Shown: one piece after another, positions 1-8,759 of the stretch | Layout of the letters: each line of letters starts with the position of its first letter | How positions within the stretch are numbered: the stretch's first letter is position 1 | Source of the DNA: Escherichia phage BP9 | Reading direction: 5' to 3' (one strand) | Length of the DNA: 64,000 bases | Sequence record: PP488543.1 | The notes under the pieces: generated by a model | Database searches by the model: none | Seen by the model: the letters and a program-made list of their open reading frames with translations, nothing else | What the model was told of the DNA's origin: nothing | Position numbers and translations under genes: made by a program

Positions 1-119
1 AGATGATTAAAGACGAGGAAGGGATTGCCTGGTTTATCTCCCATCTGGCAAACGGTGAGTATCATATCTACGGAACCACCCTGCTTGCCAAGTTTGTAGC
101 TGTTGAAGAGGGCCTATGA
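1..119 (+). CDS. hypothetical protein (3' fragment or 38-aa ORF starting at ATG 3)
   Basis: In-frame ORF reaching window edge; stop TGA (117-119) overlaps next ATG (ATGA). Confidence 0.25.
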   Translation, partial: MIKDEEGIAWFISHLANGEYHIYGTTLLAKFVAVEEGL

Positions 120-310
120 AAGTAAAGTATCTGGCTGAGGGTATGAGTAGGTATTTCACCCTTGGTGAAGAATATTGGCCCTTTACAAGCAACGGCGATG
201 TCTACGTGAAAGATAATTTCGGCACGCCGTGGTTTCTGCACTCTAATGGGCTGGGATACTCCATTTACTGCGGTGCAGTGAACAACACAACCCTTGCAGA
301 GTTCGTTTAG
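116..310 (+). CDS. hypothetical protein (64 aa)
   Basis: ORF with ATGA stop/start coupling to upstream ORF; co-directional gene block. Confidence 0.5.
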   Translation: MKVKYLAEGMSRYFTLGEEYWPFTSNGDVYVKDNFGTPWFLHSNGLGYSIYCGAVNNTTLAEFV

Positions 311-320
311 AGGAGGTAGG

Positions 321-692
321 ATGTTAGTAAAAGGTACCCACACAGTCAAACAACGTATTGAAGTTGAGATTGATGATTGTGAGTTGAAGCATATTCTACG
401 GTCATGTTCTAACGTTTTGCTCCTTAGTATTCTCCAAGAGCGAGCGGAGAACGAGTTCTTAAATGCATTGGCAGGCCGTCCCGGTGACTTCTGTGTGCGT
501 AAGCGTGGTGACAACAAGTCATGGCTGTGGGAAATCGATGCCGACTGGGATTACCACAAAAATGAGGGTATAGATGAGCCTATTCGTGAACTGACGGACA
601 AAGAGATTCAGATGTACAATGAAGTTTGTCATTGGGCAACACGCCAACAAATTTACCTCGACCCTGTGTGGCTGATTGAAAATAGCCATTGA
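321..692 (+). CDS. hypothetical protein (123 aa)
   Basis: ATG at 321 follows AGGAGG (311-316); track start 294 is TTG inside the previous gene. Confidence 0.55.
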   Translation: MLVKGTHTVKQRIEVEIDDCELKHILRSCSNVLLLSILQERAENEFLNALAGRPGDFCVRKRGDNKSWLWEIDADWDYHKNEGIDEPIRELTDKEIQMYNEVCHWATRQQIYLDPVWLIENSH

Positions 693-717
693 CAAGAAGT
701 AAGATTAGATATAAGAT
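689..717 (+). promoter_or_regulatory. sigma70-like promoter (TTGACA-17-TAAGAT)
   Basis: TTGACA 689-694, 17-bp spacer, TAAGAT 712-717, upstream of 769 gene. Confidence 0.4.
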
Positions 718-768
718 GCTTCACACAAACAGATCGGTGATTTTTAAATAACTAAGGAGACTGCCAAG

Positions 769-1023
769 ATGAAAATTACTTTGAAGCCAGAATGCGTTGC
801 AAATGACCGAGCTTTTAAAGATTGCACAGTAGGTGCAATTTATGAAGCAGAGTTTTGTGAGAACCCTCTGGTAAAAGCCCTTCTGGAAGAAGGGGCCCCT
901 TTATCACAAGAAGAGATTGATGAGCTGGAAAACTCAGCACAGTGCCTTACCTTTAAAGATGATGAAGGAGACTCTGTCTGGTGCACTGTTAATGAAGTAG
1001 TTTTTGTAAAACCTGAACATTAA
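769..1023 (+). CDS. hypothetical protein (84 aa), paralog of 1087..1359
   Basis: RBS TAAGGAG upstream; shares KP(E/D)..(R/S)AF(K/R)DCT..(A/K)(I/V)Y with the next gene. Confidence 0.6.
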   Translation: MKITLKPECVANDRAFKDCTVGAIYEAEFCENPLVKALLEEGAPLSQEEIDELENSAQCLTFKDDEGDSVWCTVNEVVFVKPEH

Positions 1024-1026
1024 TAC

Positions 1027-1055
1027 TTGACAACAGTGATGGGGCCTAATATAAT
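1027..1055 (+). promoter_or_regulatory. sigma70-like promoter (TTGACA-17-TATAAT)
   Basis: TTGACA 1027-1032 and TATAAT 1050-1055; the track ORF start at 1027 is the -35 TTG. Confidence 0.45.
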
Positions 1056-1086
1056 GGCCCTATCAAAACGAAAGGGGACAACAGCA

Positions 1087-1359
1087 ATGACCAAACAATA
1101 TCAACGAATTAAAGCCAAGGTTAAGCCAGACTATCTGGAAAAGGACTCTGCTTTTCGGGACTGCACGGCTGACAAAGTTTACACAGGGGCCGTCCTGTTG
1201 AACGATGAATTTGAAGTAGATGTTCTGGGTAAAGAGGCCACTATTAAGGACGACCAAGGCGATTATGTTTGCTGCACCACACGCGAGCTAGAAATCTTAG
1301 AATACTTCGGTGAAATCTTCACCTCTCTTGATGATTACTTAGATGACGAGGCAGAGTGA
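1087..1359 (+). CDS. hypothetical protein (90 aa), paralog of 769..1023
   Basis: ATG 1087 after AAAGGGGA; in frame with track ORF 1027..1359; paralog motif FRDCTADKVY. Confidence 0.6.
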   Translation: MTKQYQRIKAKVKPDYLEKDSAFRDCTADKVYTGAVLLNDEFEVDVLGKEATIKDDQGDYVCCTTRELEILEYFGEIFTSLDDYLDDEAE

Positions 1360-1760
1360 TGAAAAACATTTGGGATATTAATATCTTTGAAGCCTCTGAG
1401 CTTGACGGTGCCGATGGGGTTATTATAGTTTCTGATGGAAAGGCAACATTGACATCTGGACTGACCTATGAGGACACTACCTACGCACTGGGAGATCTTG
1501 CCTTGTTGAAATCGACAGGTGACTCTCTGGAAGAACGTCTGCAAGGATTTGCCTTTAAAGAAGGAACAAACACCACGCTGATGTGCACTACCCGCACTGT
1601 TCAGTTGGGCAACGGTGTCTATATGATCATTGCTGTGTGTCCTAAATTCAGCAACGTCAACAAAGATGATGCTGACGCTGTCAACGATGTGGTTGTTCTC
1701 TTCGTGGGTGACGCTATGGCGGATCTGATGAATGCAGGAGAAGCAGCAAATGAAGACTGA
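1356..1760 (+). CDS. hypothetical protein (134 aa)
   Basis: ORF; ATGA overlap with upstream stop. Confidence 0.55.
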   Translation: MMKNIWDINIFEASELDGADGVIIVSDGKATLTSGLTYEDTTYALGDLALLKSTGDSLEERLQGFAFKEGTNTTLMCTTRTVQLGNGVYMIIAVCPKFSNVNKDDADAVNDVVVLFVGDAMADLMNAGEAANED

Positions 1761-2052
1761 AAACATTACCCCAGAAGGATTCCTGAAAGTATACCGTGAA
1801 CTATTGTATACCACAGAGGATAGTGTTCTAGAGTACCCAGAATATCTTTTGCTGTATAAGTATCTGCAGGAAGCTGGTGAAAATATTCCAATTAGCGCAG
1901 AAGGTGGTCCGAACTGGGTATACAGCGCATGGAGAAAGGTTGACATTCTCCCAGATCCAGGTAAAGATATGGTAGTTTGGCAGCTTATCAACAACATCGG
2001 GATTCCAATCTTTGATGAGGCTGTTAAAATCTATTTTGAACTTGACGATTAA
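1750..2052 (+). CDS. hypothetical protein (100 aa)
   Basis: ATG 1750 preceded by AGGAG at 9 nt; overlaps upstream stop by 11 nt. Confidence 0.5.
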   Translation: MKTENITPEGFLKVYRELLYTTEDSVLEYPEYLLLYKYLQEAGENIPISAEGGPNWVYSAWRKVDILPDPGKDMVVWQLINNIGIPIFDEAVKIYFELDD

Positions 2053-2069
2053 TATCAGGAGACCTTAAG

Positions 2070-2315
2070 ATGACTGAAGTAGTTGCTCGCGCAGGACAGA
2101 AAGTACGTTGTGTTGAAGTAGGTTTTGGTGGCAAAGGGTGTCAAAACTTGACTCAAGGTAAGGAATACGCTGTTATCTCTGGTGGTGGCGACGAAAGTAT
2201 TGTGTTCGAGGGCCACATCCTGGATGCTGAAAACTTTGAAATCTTTGACGACGATGGGGATCCGATCACCTGCCTGCTGGACGGGAATTGGGGAACTTTC
2301 GAAGTGATTGGCTAA
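2070..2315 (+). CDS. hypothetical protein (81 aa)
   Basis: RBS CAGGAG upstream of ATG. Confidence 0.55.
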   Translation: MTEVVARAGQKVRCVEVGFGGKGCQNLTQGKEYAVISGGGDESIVFEGHILDAENFEIFDDDGDPITCLLDGNWGTFEVIG

Positions 2316-2398
2316 CAAATACCTATTGTAATTTACAGAAGGGGATGCTAAAATAGTGTCTCCTTCTATGTTGTTCAAATAAAATCGGAGATTCCATA

Positions 2399-2764
2399 AT
2401 GGAACAAATGAACGATCAAGAGTCGGTTGCGATGAACGAGCAAGAACAACCTCAAGAATTTTTCTTAGGGTTAAGTAAAGATCAAGTGTCTCTTTTGCTA
2501 GTGCTTTCTTCTTTCATGGGAAGACTTCAGGAGCTCACACAACAACCGGAGGCTGAACAATTATTTCAGGCTCTGCGTGAAGAAGAAAAATATCGTCGTT
2601 TGGACTATGCCTTAGGTTGGGTAGCTCAACAACGAGATATGCTGATGGCCCTCTCTGGGACCACAAGTTTTGCAATGGGCCTGTTGGCTCAAGTTCAGGA
2701 CAAATTAATTCAAGCAGGGTTTGCACACACGGCAAACACTAACGAAGAACAAGGAGACAAATAA
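2399..2764 (+). CDS. hypothetical protein (121 aa)
   Basis: ORF with GGAG-like RBS; stop overlaps next start. Confidence 0.5.
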   Translation: MEQMNDQESVAMNEQEQPQEFFLGLSKDQVSLLLVLSSFMGRLQELTQQPEAEQLFQALREEEKYRRLDYALGWVAQQRDMLMALSGTTSFAMGLLAQVQDKLIQAGFAHTANTNEEQGDK

Positions 2765-3990
2765 TGAGCGTTATTCAACAATTCGCTAACCCGATGAATC
2801 CGCGTGAAACTGTTTTACTGGCTCACGGCATGATCAAGCGTGTTAGCATTAAACCTATTAAAGGGGCTGATCCTGCAACAGGTATTAAAACCACCGTGTG
2901 GCAAGGTAAGAAAATTGAATCCAGCCACACTATCTCTTTACTGATTTCTGAACTGGATTCCTCTGATAACCTGCTTCAAGGCGGTGAAGAAGTCTGGATC
3001 AGCATGGGTGATAAGCTGCTTAAACCGGGGCATCAAGACTCTGTCTCTGTTAAGATTGATGACAAGTGGGAAACCGTAACGCCAGGATGGATCGTAAATA
3101 TTCCTTTGAAGGCAAACGAGCATAACGGTAAGACCTATTACAAAGGCTCACTGGCTAAGATGGTTAAGCTGGGTGTAGGAGAGGCTCCAGCAGCGACTCA
3201 GCAGCAAAAACAGCAACAAGGTGCACAATCACAAGGCCAGAAGCAGAAACCTCAGCAGAATGCCAATCAGGACGTTTTACGCATCTATGGTGATGTGACT
3301 CAGATTGTTGGCAACGTGGTTACTGTCAATGACCACAAGATTGGCGAAGGTGCTATGGTTGTCACCGATGAGCAGCTTAAAGATCTGGTGGTAGGTGGTC
3401 GTGTTGCAGCCATTGTTGACAAAGACACCGGAAACATTATCAGTGGTTTCAAAGCCTATCCCCCTAAGGCAGAGAACGGCACTCAAGGCTCCGGTGGCAA
3501 GCGTAAATCCTCTTACGACCCTATCGGTGTGGAAACGGGGCATAGCATCAATGCGTTGCAGATCATCCTGGATCGCGGGTTTAAGGTAGACGACCCACTG
3601 GGCGTGGCTAAAACACTGCACGTAGTCACCATTGAGCTTAAGAAAGAGTATGCTCAGGCCACCAACCGAACTGAAGATGAAGTAGGTGCCAGTGTCGGTA
3701 ATGCGGTGTTGAACGCTTGTCGCCGTATTGACAAGAAAACGAAAGTTGAGGATTTTGCAGCGGCAATTACTGCAGAAGCAAAAGATGTCTTGACTAATCT
3801 GGCTGAGCCGTTGTACGATTGGATCAAGAACGGTGCTGGGTCAACTGACCATCAAGAACCTCAGGCTACCAAACAGGAAGCAGCTCCACAGCAAAACACT
3901 GTAGACGCTCCTCCTGTAAATGATGAGGAAGATGACCCAATGGATCAGAATCCAGCACAGTACTCCTTTGATGATGACATCCCTTTTTAA
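2764..3990 (+). CDS. protein with bacterial SSB-like acidic C-terminal tip (408 aa)
   Basis: C-terminus ...AQYSFDDDIPF matches E. coli SSB tip DFDDDIPF; Q-rich linker QQQKQQQGAQSQGQKQKPQQ; N-terminal domain unassigned. Confidence 0.55.
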   Translation: MSVIQQFANPMNPRETVLLAHGMIKRVSIKPIKGADPATGIKTTVWQGKKIESSHTISLLISELDSSDNLLQGGEEVWISMGDKLLKPGHQDSVSVKIDDKWETVTPGWIVNIPLKANEHNGKTYYKGSLAKMVKLGVGEAPAATQQQKQQQGAQSQGQKQKPQQNANQDVLRIYGDVTQIVGNVVTVNDHKIGEGAMVVTDEQLKDLVVGGRVAAIVDKDTGNIISGFKAYPPKAENGTQGSGGKRKSSYDPIGVETGHSINALQIILDRGFKVDDPLGVAKTLHVVTIELKKEYAQATNRTEDEVGASVGNAVLNACRRIDKKTKVEDFAAAITAEAKDVLTNLAEPLYDWIKNGAGSTDHQEPQATKQEAAPQQNTVDAPPVNDEEDDPMDQNPAQYSFDDDIPF

Positions 3991-4005
3991 CAATTAGTTA
4001 ACATA

Positions 4006-4034
4006 GCCCTGCCCGAAAGGGTGGGGCATTTTTG
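4006..4034 (+). terminator. intrinsic terminator
   Basis: GCCCTGCCC-GAAA-GGGTGGGGC hairpin followed by TTTTT. Confidence 0.55.
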
Positions 4035-4052
4035 TATAAGGAGATCTGAAAA

Positions 4053-4469
4053 ATGACATTAGAAGATATCATTGTTAAACCTGAGAACTATGACCAATAC
4101 AACCTGTCAACTCAATCTGTAGACCTTGGATGCGCCACGGTCAGTGCGTGGCTGGTTAACGGAAAAGAGCTAGATAAATGCTTAGAAGCTCACATGTCTA
4201 TTAACAAGTTTCTGGATGAAAATACTCACTGGCTTGAGGGTGCAGGAGTATATGCTTCATGGTTGGAGAGTATGGGATTTGACTACCAATCTGAAGAAGG
4301 GTGGTGGAGCTATTTAGCTATCTGCCCAGAGACGCTGCAATGCTTCATGAAATATTCTGAAGATTTGGAGTACCGGGCGGTGGTTGATAGTGCTATTGCC
4401 CGTTATAGCCGTAAACCTTTTTCCCACGACATTAAAACTGTGGAAGAATTTGTTGAAGTTTTCTGTTGA
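4053..4469 (+). CDS. hypothetical protein (138 aa)
   Basis: RBS AAGGAG upstream of ATG. Confidence 0.55.
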   Translation: MTLEDIIVKPENYDQYNLSTQSVDLGCATVSAWLVNGKELDKCLEAHMSINKFLDENTHWLEGAGVYASWLESMGFDYQSEEGWWSYLAICPETLQCFMKYSEDLEYRAVVDSAIARYSRKPFSHDIKTVEEFVEVFC

Positions 4470-4565
4470 CACAGGTTGAAAGGTGTGCAATTATAACTTC
4501 ATATAACGGGAGGACGCGATGAACGAAGAAAACTGGGATGTATAACTAACAGGAGGCCACTGCCC

Positions 4566-4763
4566 ATGATTTATCGAATCCGTGTAAGAGAAGATGCACC
4601 AGGCTGTTACTTTGACTGGCGTGGGTGGTGGTTTCTCCACCCAATGGATGGACTCACAGATAGAATGCTGGATGCTGCCCTTTATACAGATACTGACATA
4701 GAGTATAATCTTTACTTGAAGGATGGTATCGATAACGGCCTGTTTGAAGCAATTCCTGTGTAA
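4566..4763 (+). CDS. hypothetical protein (65 aa)
   Basis: RBS AGGAGG upstream; preceded by TTGACA promoter-like site and an 8-codon leader ORF. Confidence 0.5.
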   Translation: MIYRIRVREDAPGCYFDWRGWWFLHPMDGLTDRMLDAALYTDTDIEYNLYLKDGIDNGLFEAIPV

Positions 4764-4831
4764 GAGACTATGATAGCCATGTTTTATGATCTTCCTGTAG
4801 CACCACCACCTGTTGAACCCGGAGAACTAAG

Positions 4832-5257
4832 ATGATCTATGAAATGCCAAAACTGATTCGTGACGATGCCCAAAACGCTCACACCATTATTATGGGCAAA
4901 CGCATGGATATTATTTGTCATAAAGATTTCTGGGAAGGAAGTTACTTCACAGAATATTTTGGTAAACTAGACAATGGTCTGCTGATCCAGTTCTACACCG
5001 ATGCGGAAAACAACATTCACTGGGAGTTCGAAACTGAAGATATTCATAAACTTTTCACCTTCCTCGGTATTAAGGTTGAGGCCAAGTTTGAAGAAGGCGA
5101 GTGCGACGATTGTGGATTCTACGAGGTAACAGATTTCTATCTCCCAAGTGGTGAGAACCTTTACTATGAAAGCCACTTCGGCAACTCAAATATGCCACAA
5201 GGTTGGGATGAGTTTTTTGAAATTGCGGAAGAGGAGCTGGCATACCGTGATTATTGA
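4832..5257 (+). CDS. hypothetical protein (141 aa)
   Basis: RBS GGAG upstream of ATG. Confidence 0.55.
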   Translation: MIYEMPKLIRDDAQNAHTIIMGKRMDIICHKDFWEGSYFTEYFGKLDNGLLIQFYTDAENNIHWEFETEDIHKLFTFLGIKVEAKFEEGECDDCGFYEVTDFYLPSGENLYYESHFGNSNMPQGWDEFFEIAEEELAYRDY

Positions 5258-5705
5258 TACTGTAGAGGGAGATTTAATCTCCCTTTTTAAGAGCGGTGCT
5301 GGTCACCTGATCCACGGTTGTAACTGCTTCCACACAATGGGCAAGGGGATAGCAAAACAGATTGCCCGTGAGTTCCCTCAAGCATTGGCAGCTGACAAAG
5401 AGACCAGACACGGTTGCCTAAGTAAACTGGGTGCGTTCTCCCGATGGGAGCACTTATCTCCGAGAGGTATTGTCTACGGAATCAATCTGTATACTCAGTT
5501 CTACCCAGGACCTAATGCTGAATATTTCTCAATCCTGAAAGGCTTTGAGCTAGTCAATGAGGTATTCAGTGGATCGACTTTACCATTCTACATCCCTAAG
5601 ATCGGGTGCGGCATAGGCGGTTTGAAGTGGGAGCACGTAGAGGACGTTATTAACCTTGCCACTTTTGATATGAATATTATCGTGGTGGAGTACAAAAAGT
5701 GTTGA
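5247..5705 (+). CDS. macro-domain protein (ADP-ribose binding/processing fold)
   Basis: VEGDL..LIHGCNCFHTMGKGIAKQI and YIPKIGCGIGG resemble macro-domain NAAN/GGGV and GxYG loops; GTG start 10 nt after GAGGAG. Confidence 0.5.
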   Translation: MIIDTVEGDLISLFKSGAGHLIHGCNCFHTMGKGIAKQIAREFPQALAADKETRHGCLSKLGAFSRWEHLSPRGIVYGINLYTQFYPGPNAEYFSILKGFELVNEVFSGSTLPFYIPKIGCGIGGLKWEHVEDVINLATFDMNIIVVEYKKC

Positions 5706-5758
5706 CAGCGGGTTTTTGAGATGGTATAGTCACCACAACGATTGAGAGAGGGAGCACT

Positions 5759-5929
5759 ATGGAGACTAAAATCTTAATTCTGGCTGTGATAGATACAACT
5801 GAAGGGGCTGTGTTCGAATCTGCAGGAGGGTATTTCTACCTACCCTACGGAAAAAGAACTGCTGAACCAGGTAAAGATTCAATCATCAAAGTGTTCCCGT
5901 GTGCTTTCTGGCTGGAGATTTTGGTATAA
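5759..5929 (+). CDS. hypothetical small protein (56 aa)
   Basis: ATG after GAGAGAGGGAG; TTGACA-17-TATAGT promoter-like site at 5702-5730; not in track (<60 aa). Confidence 0.3.
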   Translation: METKILILAVIDTTEGAVFESAGGYFYLPYGKRTAEPGKDSIIKVFPCAFWLEILV

Positions 5930-5955
5930 GATTGCAGAGGATTTGGGAGAGAATT

Positions 5956-6150
5956 ATGAGAAACAAGAGAGAGCTTTACTCTGGCGAGTGGATAAACGAT
6001 CAACAGGTTGGAGAGGTAACCTGCTTCCGGTGTTTTACTCGGTACAATCTTAAAACTGCACCAAAAAGTGTTCCAAAGACTGATGGTTATTACATAAAAG
6101 AGCCTCATTGCCCGAAATGTAAATGCCGAGTATACTGGAGTAACCTGTAA
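5956..6150 (+). CDS. zinc-ribbon protein (64 aa)
   Basis: ATG 5956 after GGGAGAG; CxxC...CxKC cysteine pairs. Confidence 0.45.
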   Translation: MRNKRELYSGEWINDQQVGEVTCFRCFTRYNLKTAPKSVPKTDGYYIKEPHCPKCKCRVYWSNL

Positions 6151-6154
6151 AAGA

Positions 6155-6182
6155 TTGACATCTGAAAACTACAGTGTATAAT
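6155..6182 (+). promoter_or_regulatory. sigma70-like promoter (TTGACA-16-TATAAT)
   Basis: TTGACA 6155-6160, TATAAT 6177-6182. Confidence 0.45.
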
Positions 6183-6213
6183 ATACGCACAGACTAACAG
6201 AGAGCGACGTATT

Positions 6214-6405
6214 ATGGTAATTTTTAACCGGGATGGCATCATAGTTAGACAGCACCCCTTCCTTGAATACTATCAAATTGAGCAATGGTGCTACGGAGAT
6301 TGCAGTCACTCCTATGGGCAAAGTTGGGGATATCGCACAGTTTTTGAATCAACAGACCTTGACAAAGTAAGACAGAAAGTTTTAGAAATTATTAACAACA
6401 AGTGA
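6214..6405 (+). CDS. hypothetical protein (63 aa)
   Basis: ORF downstream of promoter 6155. Confidence 0.45.
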   Translation: MVIFNRDGIIVRQHPFLEYYQIEQWCYGDCSHSYGQSWGYRTVFESTDLDKVRQKVLEIINNK

Positions 6406-6415
6406 GTATCGTGCC

Positions 6416-6748
6416 ATGGTAACATTGGAAAGACGTAAAGCTATCGCCGCCACACTGGCAGACATCTTTTGGGATTGCAACTTAAAAGATACCCGAAATT
6501 GTGGCGCATCTGTAGATGTATTATTCCCACGGCCCACCATTGTTGCAATGGGAAACCTGTTAAACGTAGTGTACGGAGCATGGGACAAAGAAGGTGGATT
6601 CTATATCTGGCAACCTGACTACGGAGCCTGGAAAGAGGTAAGGGGTGCGGATGACTTTGGGCCTACAGTTGCTAAGATGGATGGCTGGGAAATTTATGTT
6701 GGAAACGACATGAAGCTGAAAGGCGAGATTGTTTACTGGTTACCTTAA
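6416..6748 (+). CDS. hypothetical protein (110 aa)
   Basis: ORF in co-directional block. Confidence 0.5.
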   Translation: MVTLERRKAIAATLADIFWDCNLKDTRNCGASVDVLFPRPTIVAMGNLLNVVYGAWDKEGGFYIWQPDYGAWKEVRGADDFGPTVAKMDGWEIYVGNDMKLKGEIVYWLP

Positions 6749-6768
6749 GAAAGTGCAGGAGATAAAGT

Positions 6769-7014
6769 ATGAACAAAGGGTGGACATTTGTAGACGGCGT
6801 TAAAAACATGCCTCTAGGAAAGTATATCGTAGCCATGGCTGATGAGGATGGCAATGTAGATTTCGGAGCTTGCGAGGTTGTTCTTGCAGGATCTGGTAAC
6901 TATGTGAGTAAAACCGGGATAATTAACGGTCAGTTCTACTTTGATCACAACCCTGTTGTAGCGTATATGGCTATGCCAGAGTTCAAGTTCCCAAAGGAGG
7001 GTGCAGATGTTTAA
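6769..7014 (+). CDS. hypothetical protein (81 aa)
   Basis: RBS CAGGAG upstream. Confidence 0.5.
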   Translation: MNKGWTFVDGVKNMPLGKYIVAMADEDGNVDFGACEVVLAGSGNYVSKTGIINGQFYFDHNPVVAYMAMPEFKFPKEGADV

Positions 7015-7204
7015 GCTTAAATCTGCATGGAACATCGCTGTGGGTGACGAGATCCGCATCCCAGGTGGTAAAACTATTATGAAGATATCTCGTATCGAGT
7101 ACGAAGGTGACCGTGTATTCCACATCTTCGCAGAAGATGGTCGAGAAATTTATATACAGGCAGGTTCTCACATCTATATCCGTAAGAAAGGGGACGACAA
7201 ATGA
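7001..7204 (+). CDS. hypothetical protein (67 aa)
   Basis: RBS AAGGAGG upstream. Confidence 0.5.
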   Translation: MQMFKLKSAWNIAVGDEIRIPGGKTIMKISRIEYEGDRVFHIFAEDGREIYIQAGSHIYIRKKGDDK

Positions 7205-7530
7205 CAGAGATCATCATTTCAACTGCAGGGTATGTGTTCCTGACAATCATTGCACTGACTATTTTGGTGACAGTGTATGGGTTTGTTATCCTTCCTATCC
7301 TTGAGACATTTAGTTTGTGTCGGTGTTGGAGAAAAGCTTACGGTCCACAACCATGGAAGGACTGGCCCCACCTGGTGCGCTTAGCGTTCTCTTATGCTTA
7401 CGATCACTCCAGTAGTGCATGCATAACCGGATACCACGCCCACAACTGGAGCTGGGAAGGGTTGAGGAAATGGAATGTTACAAAGACCATACCTCTGCGC
7501 ATGTACAAACCTAAAAACAAAGACAACTGA
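7201..7530 (+). CDS. membrane protein (109 aa)
   Basis: ATGA coupling; hydrophobic N-terminal segment YVFLTIIALTILVTVYGFVILPIL. Confidence 0.5.
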   Translation: MTEIIISTAGYVFLTIIALTILVTVYGFVILPILETFSLCRCWRKAYGPQPWKDWPHLVRLAFSYAYDHSSSACITGYHAHNWSWEGLRKWNVTKTIPLRMYKPKNKDN

Positions 7531-7539
7531 TACTTGAAA

Positions 7540-8450
7540 ATTCCTGGCATATCAAGTATAAGGGGGATTTCTAAAATGGATTTCCTCCTTTTGATATTTC
7601 ACCGGACTGGATATTTTAAAATCCTTAGAAAATCAGAAAATAGATCGAAAACTAAAATGGATTTTTCAGAGTAGGCGCGACAAGCTGAATCACTCATCCT
7701 ATCGTTTGCACCATATTCCAGACCACCATTACAGATTTCCCGCACATGCTCACATCCTTCTACTAGAACTTCCCCCACTTAACATTGACCTTTTATGGTA
7801 ATAATATAACCACTATCTTGAAGTTGCGGTGCAGCTTTCCATGTACTCGATCTGTTTTTCGTTTCAAAGATTGAATTTTCTGAAAATTTTTCTCGATAAA
7901 TTTCCCAGTACTCGATCTGTTTTTCGTTTTCTGAATCGGATTTTCTGGAAATCGTTCCAGCTCTCGACCTGAAATTTTTGGGGACGAAATCGATTTTTCG
8001 TTTTCAGAAATGGATTTTTAAAATTTCTATATGGGAATATTTTATGGGATACTGTTTTATAGGAAATTGTTACGGAGGGTAATTAGCATGCTAATTAAAT
8101 TTATTAAATGCGAGGAGTTCTCATTTAGAATTTTGAATGATAATCATTCTCGTTTGCAGAATAACGGGCACCCCCGGTGATTGTCTCCCGGCCCCTACTG
8201 CCCCGGCTTGTTATTATAGTATCACACAGGACAAAGAAAGCAAGAAGTTTTTGCATAAATTTTTAGACGATAATGATAATCGTTCTCATTTCATGCAGCG
8301 CCCATCCCCGGTGGTTGTCTCCCCCGTCACCGGTGCCTGCCGTCCTTTCGATATGTATATTGTGCCACCTGGCGGGGCCGCTGTCAACACTTTTCAAAAA
8401 AAAATTCTAACCTGATGCGCTAACCGCTGCAACCTGGCGGGGCCAGCCTG
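7540..8450. repeat. repeat-rich noncoding boundary region
   Basis: Direct repeats TACTCGATCTGTTTTTCGTTTT (x2), AAAATGGATTT (x3) and GC-rich CCCCGGTG(A/G)TTGTCTCCC (x2); no convincing ORF. Confidence 0.5.
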
Positions 8451-8498
8451 GTGGGCCTATGCTATAGGATAGGTAACAATTGGAGAGGAGGTACAAAA

Positions 8499-8675
8499 AT
8501 GAAAGGTAATAGGATCCCCCTGGAAAATGTAGCTATTAATGACGCTGAGGCTATCACCCTGGTTGAAAAGGCTATGGCGGGAGCGTTGGAACATAAAGAA
8601 GAGTACGAAAAAATGATGGTTAACCTGTCAGGGGCGGCGGCTGGAGAATTCTACCCAAAAAATAATTTTAACTGA
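8499..8675 (+). CDS. hypothetical protein (58 aa)
   Basis: ATG after GGAGAGGAGG. Confidence 0.4.
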   Translation: MKGNRIPLENVAINDAEAITLVEKAMAGALEHKEEYEKMMVNLSGAAAGEFYPKNNFN

Positions 8676-8759
8676 TGGTTGACAGCTCGTACAGTTATTG
8701 TTATTCTTATCCTCGCAAGGTGAACAACACCACACCAATTAACAGAGAGGATAAAAATC

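Noticed and set aside
1027-1086. Track ORF starts at TTG/GTG that coincide with promoter -35 hexamers (1027, 58264) or lie inside upstream genes (294, 5148, 9407, 10868, 14325)
   Set aside because: Downstream ATG/GTG with proper SD spacing explain the genes better; the long versions would overlap promoters or neighbouring genes.
1335-1997. Minus-strand ORFs within the plus-strand early blocks (also 3277..3621, 8944..9270, 14322..14842, 15111..15491)
   Set aside because: Antisense to RBS-supported plus-strand genes and cross several of them.
8137-8415. Track ORF (92 aa) inside the 7.5-8.5 kb repeat region
   Set aside because: Lies across the GC-rich direct repeats, has no RBS and a low-complexity Pro/Cys-rich product; more likely noncoding.
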